Positions 18,928 through 27,168 of a stretch of 64,000 bases of DNA are shown here, piece by piece. How positions within the stretch are numbered: position 1 is the stretch's first letter; every line of letters starts with the position of its first letter. This DNA is from Candidatus Omnitrophota bacterium (GTDB lineage Bacteria; Omnitrophota; Gorgyraeia; Zapsychrales; Zapsychraceae), in the NCBI GenBank assembly GCA_015233115.1, contig JADFYJ010000003.1, forward strand, positions 40,536 through 104,535, given 5' to 3'. Both the position numbers and the translations under genes were made by a program. Under the pieces are notes generated by a model. That model saw nothing but the letters and a program-made list of their open reading frames with translations, was not told the origin of the DNA and made no database searches.

Positions 18928-19386
18928 ATGAAGCGAGTTTGTTTATTAATTTTATTATGCGTTGGTCTTTATGGGTGCGTGACAGTTGAGAAAGAAGATC
19001 GTCCGCCTGCAAATACCGCTGAGCACAAACAATTGATACCTGTTAATTTAATTCGACCGGGCATGAGTTCAGCAGAAGTAAAATCTGTATTGGGAAATAA
19101 TATGGTGATCGGATATCAAAAAAAGGACAAAACAGGGATTTATGAACCCATTAATATGGCGATCCCTTTAAAAAGCGAAGATTTTAAGAGAGCTCAAGAA
19201 AAATATCGAGCTGATTTTTATTATGTGGAGGTGAGATTACCAGACGGGATTATTTCTGACGAAGAAATAACGCCCGTTGTTTTCAAAAATGATTTGGTGG
19301 TGGGGATCGGTTGGGATTTTTACAAGAGTTTAAAAATAGGGGACAGCGCCCTATTTCTCAAGGATAAAAAAAATGATGAGAAATAG
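18928..19386 (+). CDS. DUF3192-like lipoprotein
   Basis: Lipobox LYG-C; DGIISDEEITPVVFKNDLVVGIGW motif; last ~17 aa encoded by a palindromic element. Confidence 0.7.
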   Translation: MKRVCLLILLCVGLYGCVTVEKEDRPPANTAEHKQLIPVNLIRPGMSSAEVKSVLGNNMVIGYQKKDKTGIYEPINMAIPLKSEDFKRAQEKYRADFYYVEVRLPDGIISDEEITPVVFKNDLVVGIGWDFYKSLKIGDSALFLKDKKNDEK

Positions 19387-19404
19387 GGCGCTGTCCCCTA
19401 TTTT
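19333..19404. repeat. REPIN-like palindromic doublet spanning a gene junction
   Basis: Perfect 28-bp arms AAAATAGGGGACAGCGCCCTATTTCTCA / TGAGAAATAGGGCGCTGTCCCCTATTTT; same arms in leuS at 48049-48104. Confidence 0.9.
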
Positions 19405-20314
19405 GGTGGATTTTGACAGTTTCCCCAGGCCGTTAAACTGGCCGGAGATTTTTGGCAGGCCGGGAAAAATTGTCGTCGAGATCGGCTTTGGCATGGGCGA
19501 GGTTCTGATCCGGGAAGCGGGAAAAGATCCTCAGGTTAATTTTATCGGCATTGAAGAGCATTGGACGCGTATCACCCGAACCATGACAGGTATTTCTCGT
19601 CAACAGGGTGTGGTTGGAGGATTGGATAACATCCGGATTTTGAAGTTAGACGCATGGGTGGCTTTTGAGCGGTTGTTTTCTCCGCAGAGCATTGATCATA
19701 TTTTTTGCTTGTTTCCATGTCCGTGGCCAAAAGAAAAACACGAAAAACACCGTTTATTCTCTCAAAAATTTTTACGCTTAGTAAATAGCCGCCTGAAAAC
19801 GGGCGCGGCGCTGCGGATTGTTACGGATTTTAGGCCTTTTTACGATTGGGTGCTCAGTCAGAATGTGGATGCCGGATTTGCTTCTGCGGTTACGGCAACA
19901 CTTGAACCGCAATTTAATACTAAGTTTGAAAAAAAATGGGCGGCGCAAGGACAGGAAAAATTTTTCGAAATTATTTTGGAAAAGCAAAAACATATCGAGG
20001 TGCCGGTTGAGGAGGACAAGGAGTTGAAGGTTTACAAATTAAAAAATTTTGATCATAAGAAATTCGTGTTTCAGGATCACATTGGAGAGGTCACCGTGAT
20101 TTTAAAAGGATTTTTTTATGATGCTGAACAAGAAAAAGCTCTGGTTCAGCTTTTGGTGGCAGAAGAACAGATCACCCAGTATTTTTGGGCTATGATTGGG
20201 AAGCGTAAAAATGATTGGTTTCTTCAAAAAGTGGAAGGCCAAAGGTTTTTTGCGACGCCGGGAATCACGTTGGCGTTAGATTTAGTTTATCAGGCAGTAG
20301 AAAAAATAGCATAG
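19373..20314 (+). CDS. trmB: tRNA (guanine-N7)-methyltransferase with C-terminal extension
   Basis: VEIGFGMG, FPCPWPKEKHEKHRL, VTDF, TKFEKK motifs. Confidence 0.85.
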   Translation: MMRNRALSPILVDFDSFPRPLNWPEIFGRPGKIVVEIGFGMGEVLIREAGKDPQVNFIGIEEHWTRITRTMTGISRQQGVVGGLDNIRILKLDAWVAFERLFSPQSIDHIFCLFPCPWPKEKHEKHRLFSQKFLRLVNSRLKTGAALRIVTDFRPFYDWVLSQNVDAGFASAVTATLEPQFNTKFEKKWAAQGQEKFFEIILEKQKHIEVPVEEDKELKVYKLKNFDHKKFVFQDHIGEVTVILKGFFYDAEQEKALVQLLVAEEQITQYFWAMIGKRKNDWFLQKVEGQRFFATPGITLALDLVYQAVEKIA

Positions 20315-20339
20315 GGGGCAATTCACTATTCGCCTTTTA

Positions 20340-20445
20340 AAGCGCGCGGGTTGGGCGGTTTGCATTTAAACCGAATCCTTCGCTCAAACAACCTTGGCGA
20401 AGCGCCAAGGAAACTCGCTCGGGGATTCGGTTTTAACGCCAACCT
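20340..20445 (+). repeat. Structured dispersed repeat (MITE-like or RNA-like), copy 1
   Basis: Long imperfect hairpin AAACCGAATCC...GGATTCGGTTT with inner CCTTGGCG/CGCCAAGG stem; 5' ~52 nt recur at 63949-64000. Confidence 0.7.
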
Positions 20446-20501
20446 TGTGTTTGGGCACGCGGTTAGAGGTTAGAAAATTTTAAAAATATTAGGATAAGAT
20501 A

Positions 20502-21353
20502 ATGTTACAAAATATGTCATTGAAAATTTATAAAATAGGGATTTTTGTTTTATGCTGTTGTTGTCTGGCCGTTGTTTCCGCGGATGCCCGACGGCATAAG
20601 AAAATACGGTATACGAAAATTAAAAATGGAGTCACCTGTAAAGCTGCTTTATTTTCCGACAGTACAGAATCGCTGCGGCTTTATGGGAAAAACGTTGAAA
20701 CACCGATTTTGCCTGCGAGTACCACTAAGCTTATGACCGCCCTTCTGGTATTAGAAAAGCTGCCTATGGATAGTTATGTGACCGTGAGTAGTTATGCGAC
20801 GACTCCTCAGCCTTCAAAAATAAACGTAAAAGCGGGGGAACAATTTTTGGTCAGAGATCTCATGTATGCGATTTTGCTCAATTCTGCTAATGATGCCAGC
20901 ATTGTATTAGCGGAAGCGGTGGGTGGGAGCGAAGCGGGTTTTGTCAGTATGATGAATAACCGGGCAGCAGAATTAGGGGCAGATCAAACCCGTTTTGCGA
21001 ATTCCAACGGACTGCCTTCTCCGCGAGGAACTCAATATAGCACCGCGTATGATATGTATTTAATTTTCCGGGAAGCCATGAAATATCCTTTTTTTCGTCA
21101 GGTTATTAAGACGCCGTATAAGCAGATTCAGAGTAAAGAGGGTAGGATCGTCAATTTAAAGAGTCATAATAAAATGTTATTCGATAAAAATTTAGATGAA
21201 CCCATCCAGGGGAAAACTGGATACACCCGCTCGGCAGGAGAGTGCTTTGTGGGCACAGTTCAACAGGGTGATCGGGATTTGATCCTGTCAATATTTAATT
21301 GTCCTGATCGATGGAATGATATAAGATATTTGGTTAAAAATTATGGAAAATGA
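20502..21353 (+). CDS. D-alanyl-D-alanine carboxypeptidase (peptidase S11)
   Basis: SxxK (PASTTKLMT), SxN (NSANDA), KTG (GKTGYT). Confidence 0.9.
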   Translation: MLQNMSLKIYKIGIFVLCCCCLAVVSADARRHKKIRYTKIKNGVTCKAALFSDSTESLRLYGKNVETPILPASTTKLMTALLVLEKLPMDSYVTVSSYATTPQPSKINVKAGEQFLVRDLMYAILLNSANDASIVLAEAVGGSEAGFVSMMNNRAAELGADQTRFANSNGLPSPRGTQYSTAYDMYLIFREAMKYPFFRQVIKTPYKQIQSKEGRIVNLKSHNKMLFDKNLDEPIQGKTGYTRSAGECFVGTVQQGDRDLILSIFNCPDRWNDIRYLVKNYGK

Positions 21354-22131
21354 AATCGGAGGTTTTATGGATAAACGAAGAATTTTGAATATCATCCTCG
21401 GACTGGTTATTGTTGGCGCGGTTATTGCTGAAGGGGCGGCTTTTGGCAAAATGTTTTCTCAGCAAAAAACGCTTTTAGTTGAATTGAAAAGCGTAAAAAG
21501 TCAATTAAATGAGATTCAAAAAAATACCAAAGAGTTTTCCGCTTTTCTGGCTAAGGTTGAGAGGCAGCAGCCGGAGCGTCAACAACGGGCAGAGGCTGAT
21601 TACGATAAGGTTTACTCTATTGAGGTAGGAAATTCTTATTTGATTGGGTCGAAAGACGCGAAAGTGACGGTGGTGGAATTTGTGGACTTTGAGTGCCCTT
21701 TTTCTGGTCGTTTTTTCAAGCCGATGATTGATTCTGTCGCGGCTTATTCGGGAAAAGTAAATTATATGATCAAGAATTTTCCATTGCCATTTCATCCTAA
21801 CGCGCGTTCTGCCGCCAAAGCGGCCTTGGCCGCTGGTGAGCAAGGCAAATACGCGGCAATGGCGACGGAGTTGTTGAAAGACAATAAGAATTTTAGCGCG
21901 GATAAATATAATGAAATCGCGAAACTGGTTGGTTTAGATATGGCGAAATTTCAGCAGGACTTAAAAGATAAAGACGCTGCTTATGAACAGATTTTAAATG
22001 AGGATATGGCATTGGGCCAAAAAGTAAGCGTACGCGGAACTCCGACCTTTTTTATCAATGGCAAACAAACCCGCGCCCGTGATGTGGATAGTTTTAAAAA
22101 AGAATTTGAGGCGATTTTAGGCGCCCAATAA
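21343..22131 (+). CDS. Membrane-anchored DsbA/thioredoxin-fold protein (CxxS variant)
   Basis: VVEFVDFECPFS, FPLPFHPNA, VRGTPTFFING; start may be ATG 21368. Confidence 0.85.
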   Translation: MENEIGGFMDKRRILNIILGLVIVGAVIAEGAAFGKMFSQQKTLLVELKSVKSQLNEIQKNTKEFSAFLAKVERQQPERQQRAEADYDKVYSIEVGNSYLIGSKDAKVTVVEFVDFECPFSGRFFKPMIDSVAAYSGKVNYMIKNFPLPFHPNARSAAKAALAAGEQGKYAAMATELLKDNKNFSADKYNEIAKLVGLDMAKFQQDLKDKDAAYEQILNEDMALGQKVSVRGTPTFFINGKQTRARDVDSFKKEFEAILGAQ

Positions 22132-22257
22132 TTACATTTGCTATTTATTTCACTTTATAGTATATTTGTTGCCTCATATTGGTTCGCTCAGATCACTTAG
22201 TTCGCCTGTTGGGCTCTCTAAGTGATGAGCTCATTTAATAATAAGGAGGAAGGTTCA

Positions 22258-22572
22258 ATGTCAAGAAGAGGCGGTTTATCAGCGGTATTTTATCGCGAAA
22301 CTCGCGGGGTTAAAGTTTCCGGCGGTCAGCAAGTTAAGTCGGGAACAATTTTGACCCGTGAAGGTCATAAATGGCAAAAAGGTTTGAATGTGAATGGCTC
22401 GTCTAGTCTGGTAGCTGGCATTGACGGCGAAGTGTATTTCACGCGCAAGAAGAACAGTTATAACAAAATCATCACCGTGGTTAACGTCAAGCCGTCTGAA
22501 ACTGCGCCTGTAAAGGCAGAAAAACCGGTTAAAGCAGTAAAGACCGTAAAAACAGTCAAGGCAGCTAAGTAG
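22258..22572 (+). CDS. rpmA: 50S ribosomal protein bL27 (divergent N-terminus, Lys/Ala-rich tail)
   Basis: RGVKVSGGQQVKSGTILTREG..GLNV...LVAGIDGEVYF core; GGAGG RBS before ATG 22258. Confidence 0.8.
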   Translation: MSRRGGLSAVFYRETRGVKVSGGQQVKSGTILTREGHKWQKGLNVNGSSSLVAGIDGEVYFTRKKNSYNKIITVVNVKPSETAPVKAEKPVKAVKTVKTVKAAK

Positions 22573-22789
22573 TAAAAAATATCGGGAGTGAGCGCTTTTT
22601 TGTCAGAAGATATAAAAGCCTCGCTCCTTTATATTTAGTTTATGGTAATCCCGCTACGGCCGCTGGGTCGCGGCTTTGCCTGACCGGCAAACTACGCGTT
22701 GCTTTAGCTTCGCGGGATAAATTCGTGCGGCTGACTTGATGTCGCTATAAATCGCTCCATAAGTCAGGCACTCATAATAAGGACTTATT

Positions 22790-24619
22790 ATGTGCGGAAT
22801 TATTGGATATGTTGGTTTTCGGAACGCTGTGCCAATTTTGATTGGCGGACTCAAGAAGTTGGAATATCGTGGTTATGATTCCAGCGGCGTTAGTGTTTTA
22901 TCTCCGGAAAATGATATTATTGTCCGTAAAAGTAAAGGCAAGATTGCTAATTTAGAAGAATTGATTCTGCAAAAACCGATTGTGCATTCTACGTTGGGCA
23001 TCTCACATACCCGTTGGGCGACTCATGGCGAACCTAATCATATCAATTCGCATCCTCACACAGACTGTTCTCAATCTATAGTCGTGGTTCATAATGGTAT
23101 TATTGAAAATTATGAATCATTGAAGGCACAGTTGCAGGCGAAGGGCCATAAATTTGTTTCGCAGACAGATACCGAAGTAATCGCGCATCTCATTGAAGAA
23201 TATTATAAAGGGGATTTGTTTGCGGCTGTCAAAAAAACTATTCTTGATCTTAAAGGCGCGTTCGCATTGGGTATTATTTCCAAAAACCATCCTGATTTGC
23301 TTATTGCCGCTCGCGTGGGTTCGCCTTTGATTATTGGTTTGGGTAAGGGCGAAAATTTTATTGCCTCAGATGTGCCGGCGATTTTAGATCGCACTAAAAA
23401 AATTATTTATTTACAAGACGGGGAAATGGCGTGCATTTCGAAAAAAGAAGTTAAGGTGTTTAAATTTTCGGGCGAAAAAGTTATTCCTAAGGCGCAAATT
23501 GTTAAATTCAGCGTCGATGCGGTTAAAAAACAGGGGTTCGCGCATTTTATGTTAAAAGAAATGCATGAACAGCCGCACGTGATCAGCGAGATGGGTAAGC
23601 GTTATATTAAGAACGGAAAAGTTGATTTGGGTGATTTTGGTTTGACTCCGGCGCAAATTAAAGCTATTACGAGAATTGATATTGTGGCTTGCGGGACCGC
23701 TTATCACGCGGGCATGGTGGGAAAATACGCCATTGAAAAAATGGCTAAAATTCCCGTTACGATTGATGTTTCTAGCGAATTCCGTTATCGGGATCCTATC
23801 GTGGATAAAAACACCATGATTATCGCGATAAGCCAATCCGGAGAAACCGCGGATACGCTGGCCGCCGTAAAAGAAGCGAAACGTAAAGGCGCGAAAATTG
23901 TTTCGATTTGTAATGTGCTGGGTTCCTCCCTGGTGCGGGAATCCGATGCTGTTCTGTATACGCACGCGGGCCCGGAGATTGGTGTGGCATCAACAAAAGC
24001 CTACACAGCGCAATTAGGCGTGTTATTTATGCTGGCTGTGAAATTGGCCACAGTTAATAAAACGATGTCACCTGGAGAGATTAAAGAATTTCTAGACGCG
24101 TTTAAAAAAATTCCGACTTCCATTCAGGCGTTTCTGGCTGACCAGAAAACTGTCGCGCGGGTAGCGAAACGTAATTCCCATTTCGGCTGTTTTCTGTTTT
24201 TGGGACGAAATATTAATTTTCCCTCTGCTTTGGAAGGCGCGCTTAAACTCAAAGAAATTTCTTACATTCCCGCGGAAGGTTACGCGGCTGGCGAGATGAA
24301 GCATGGACCCATTGCCCTGATCGATGAGTACCGGGCTGTCGTGTGCATTGCTCCGGCGTCGGATGTGTATGAAAAAATTATTTCTAATATGCAGGAGATC
24401 CGCGCGCGTAAAGGAAAAATCATTGCGATCGCGACCGAAGGCGACCAGGATATTAAAAATCACGCGGATGATGTTTTGTACATTGCCGCGACCCATGATC
24501 TTCTAACGCCCTTATTAGCCGCTTTACCTTTGCAATTAATCGCTTATCACATTGCCGTGCAATTAGGATGCGATGTGGATCAACCACGGAATTTGGCGAA
24601 GAGCGTTACGGTGGAGTAA
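22790..24619 (+). CDS. glmS: Glutamine-fructose-6-phosphate aminotransferase
   Basis: MCGIIG, LEYRGYDS, HTRWATHG, SQSGETADT, PRNLAKSVTVE. Confidence 0.98.
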   Translation: MCGIIGYVGFRNAVPILIGGLKKLEYRGYDSSGVSVLSPENDIIVRKSKGKIANLEELILQKPIVHSTLGISHTRWATHGEPNHINSHPHTDCSQSIVVVHNGIIENYESLKAQLQAKGHKFVSQTDTEVIAHLIEEYYKGDLFAAVKKTILDLKGAFALGIISKNHPDLLIAARVGSPLIIGLGKGENFIASDVPAILDRTKKIIYLQDGEMACISKKEVKVFKFSGEKVIPKAQIVKFSVDAVKKQGFAHFMLKEMHEQPHVISEMGKRYIKNGKVDLGDFGLTPAQIKAITRIDIVACGTAYHAGMVGKYAIEKMAKIPVTIDVSSEFRYRDPIVDKNTMIIAISQSGETADTLAAVKEAKRKGAKIVSICNVLGSSLVRESDAVLYTHAGPEIGVASTKAYTAQLGVLFMLAVKLATVNKTMSPGEIKEFLDAFKKIPTSIQAFLADQKTVARVAKRNSHFGCFLFLGRNINFPSALEGALKLKEISYIPAEGYAAGEMKHGPIALIDEYRAVVCIAPASDVYEKIISNMQEIRARKGKIIAIATEGDQDIKNHADDVLYIAATHDLLTPLLAALPLQLIAYHIAVQLGCDVDQPRNLAKSVTVE

Positions 24620-24627
24620 TTTTGACG

Positions 24628-24683
24628 AGTATGTAGTATGTGGCATGTAGCATGTAGTGAAAAACGATTGATGTGAAAAACGA
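24628..24683 (+). repeat. Degenerate heptamer tandem (consensus AGTATGT) plus AAAACGATTG motif
   Basis: AGTATGT AGTATGT GGCATGT AGCATGT; related arrays at 32422, 42961, 61159. Confidence 0.7.
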
Positions 24684-24710
24684 ATAATCAAAAATCGAAA
24701 AACCAGTAAC

Positions 24711-25379
24711 ATGTTATATGTCGTCTCCACTCCTATAGGTAATTTAAAAGACATCACTCTGCGCGCTTTAGAAGTTTTACAAGACGTTGATCTCATTGCC
24801 GCGGAAGATACTCGTCATACTGCCAATTTGTTGAAACATTTTAATATTCAAAAACCCCTGATCAGTTATTTTGAGCATAATGAAGATAAGCGCGGACAGG
24901 AATTGCTGGAAAAACTTCAGGCAGGAAAAAAAATCGCTTTAGTGACTGACGCGGGAACGCCGGGCATTAGTGATCCGGGTTACCGGATTATAAAATTAGC
25001 TCGCGAGCATAATATTCCCATGACGGTGGTGCCCGGCCCCAGCGCGGTGATTGCGGCTTTATCTCTTTCAGGTCTTCCGTCGAACGCGTTTATATTCGAA
25101 GGTTTTTTGCCGGTCAAATCCGGCGGCAGACGCAAAAAACTCGAAGAACTTAAAGCGGAAAAACGCACAGTTATTTTTTATGAATCCCCGCACCGCATAT
25201 TAAAAACTTTGGAAGATATTCAAGCTATTTTAGGTGATCAGGAAATCGTGATCGTCAGGGAAATTACCAAAACCTTCGAAGAAGTCCGCAAAGGTTCCGC
25301 GCAAACATTATGCCAGCATTTTACCACTCATCCGCCTAAGGGCGAATTCGTTGTATTATTTAACTTATCCCTATCTTAA
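24711..25379 (+). CDS. rsmI: 16S rRNA (cytidine1402-2'-O)-methyltransferase
   Basis: LYVVSTPIGNLKDIT, AAEDTRHT, DAGTPGISDPG, YESPHR, KGEFV. Confidence 0.95.
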   Translation: MLYVVSTPIGNLKDITLRALEVLQDVDLIAAEDTRHTANLLKHFNIQKPLISYFEHNEDKRGQELLEKLQAGKKIALVTDAGTPGISDPGYRIIKLAREHNIPMTVVPGPSAVIAALSLSGLPSNAFIFEGFLPVKSGGRRKKLEELKAEKRTVIFYESPHRILKTLEDIQAILGDQEIVIVREITKTFEEVRKGSAQTLCQHFTTHPPKGEFVVLFNLSLS

Positions 25380-27161
25380 AAATTGTTTAGCGAGAAAAGA
25401 TTCACTGATTTCTATGATCGTGGGCCGGCCATGCGGGCAGGTGAAAGGATCGAGGCAATTTAAAAGTCTTAGATGCAAAGCCTTGATTTCCGGCTCAGAC
25501 ATTTTATCGCCAGCCATGACAGATCCGCGGCAGGCGCGTCTGGCTATGGTATCGAAGTCACAAGCGTCGCTTGAGCCCGCACTTAATATTTGGCGTAAAG
25601 CTTGTTCAGGATTTTTAATCAGCGCTGGATGAGTATGCAGTCCTATGGCGTCATTCCCCAACGGGGTGGTTTCAAATCCACTTTCCCCTAGTTTGTCTTT
25701 AATTTCTTCCCAGAGTAAAAATTCCGGTATGGTGAGGTTCAGAATATAGGGCGTTAATAAATGTTGAACCTCTAAAGTATGTTTTTGCATTTGAGTGATG
25801 ATTTGTTCAAAAGTAATTCGTTCTGCGGCGGCGTGCTGGTCTATGACCAATAGCTCTGTATCTGCTTCTAATAAGATATATTTATTTTGAAACACGCCGA
25901 TCAGTTTCGCGTTGGTCAGTTTGTCAGACAAAGAATTTCGCGACGTAGAAAATGTCCCAAAAAATTCGGATTGTTCCTGGGCCAAATCTTGGGATGAGGG
26001 GACAGTATATTCCTGGTGAAAAACCGGTTCATTATACGCTTGGCCGGGTTCGCGGAGCATATCATGAGGGGCATCGGCTTCAAATGAGGAACCAGTATAA
26101 GCTGACCGTGAAGATTTATCGGATTGCGTATTGGGAATAGAAAAGGGACTGCTGATTTGTTTGGTCCCTGATGATTTCATCAGGCATTGTTCAACAGCTT
26201 GGCGCAAAAGCGCGCAAAGAAAATTTTCGTTTTTGATTTTGACTTCGCGTTTCGTGGGATGGACATTAGCGTCAATATCTTCCGGCGGCATGTGAATGAA
26301 CACGGCAAAAAAAGGATAAGCCCCTTGCGGCATAATTAAACGGTAGACGTTATTGATATGATAACTGATATTTTTATTTTCCACCGGGCGGCCATTAATA
26401 AAAACATATTGCAGGTCACGCCGGGTCCGGGTGATGTTGATGTCGCCTAATACCATTTCAAGCGTGACATCCTGATTTAATTTTTGTTCACCATAAATAA
26501 GGTTTTGTTCTTCGAGATTAAGGACTTGGCTAATACGGCTGACCAGGCTGTCTGTTTCGGCCAAATCAATCAAAGTTTTATTTTGATGGGAAAGGCTAAA
26601 GCGGATGTTTTTGTGCAGCATGGTATAAGGCGTAACCAAATTTAAAATATGATTGATTTCAGCGCTATTGCTTTTGAGAAATTTTTTGCGTGCGGGAGTA
26701 TTGAAAAATAATTCACGGACTTTGATCTCGGTGCCGCGTTTGTTAAAGGAACAGGGTTTAAGCCCAACGCGTTCACAGCCTCGGATATGGATTTCCCAGC
26801 CGGTTTTTTCATCTTCAGTTTTACTTTGCATGATCACATCTGCGACCGCGCCGATCGAATAGAGCGCTTCTCCCCGGAACCCTAAAGACATAATGGCATA
26901 AAGGTCATCAATATTTTTAATTTTGCTGGTAGCGTGGCGGTTAAAGATTGTTTGCAAATCATCATGGTCAATGCCGGTACCGTTATCTTTGATATGAATC
27001 AGGGTTTTTCCCGCGTCTTCTAAGATAAGTTCGATATAAGACGATTTAGCGTCAATGGAATTTTCCAACAGCTCTTTGATAACGGACGCCGGTCGTTCAA
27101 TGACTTCACCGGCTGCGATTTTACTGATAATATCTGGAGAAAGAATGTTTATTTTTGACAT
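25371..27161 (-). CDS. mutL: DNA mismatch repair protein MutL
   Basis: IAAGEVIERPASVIKELLENS, GFRGEAL, DQHAAAER endonuclease motif, CPHGRP. Confidence 0.97.
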   Translation of the reverse strand: MSKINILSPDIISKIAAGEVIERPASVIKELLENSIDAKSSYIELILEDAGKTLIHIKDNGTGIDHDDLQTIFNRHATSKIKNIDDLYAIMSLGFRGEALYSIGAVADVIMQSKTEDEKTGWEIHIRGCERVGLKPCSFNKRGTEIKVRELFFNTPARKKFLKSNSAEINHILNLVTPYTMLHKNIRFSLSHQNKTLIDLAETDSLVSRISQVLNLEEQNLIYGEQKLNQDVTLEMVLGDINITRTRRDLQYVFINGRPVENKNISYHINNVYRLIMPQGAYPFFAVFIHMPPEDIDANVHPTKREVKIKNENFLCALLRQAVEQCLMKSSGTKQISSPFSIPNTQSDKSSRSAYTGSSFEADAPHDMLREPGQAYNEPVFHQEYTVPSSQDLAQEQSEFFGTFSTSRNSLSDKLTNAKLIGVFQNKYILLEADTELLVIDQHAAAERITFEQIITQMQKHTLEVQHLLTPYILNLTIPEFLLWEEIKDKLGESGFETTPLGNDAIGLHTHPALIKNPEQALRQILSAGSSDACDFDTIARRACRGSVMAGDKMSEPEIKALHLRLLNCLDPFTCPHGRPTIIEISESFLAKQFLR

Positions 27162-27168
27162 AATTTTA

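Noticed and set aside
22573-22789. Canonical glmS ribozyme
   Set aside because: I could not find the conserved AGCGCC...GACGAGG core; the structure present is different and is reported separately
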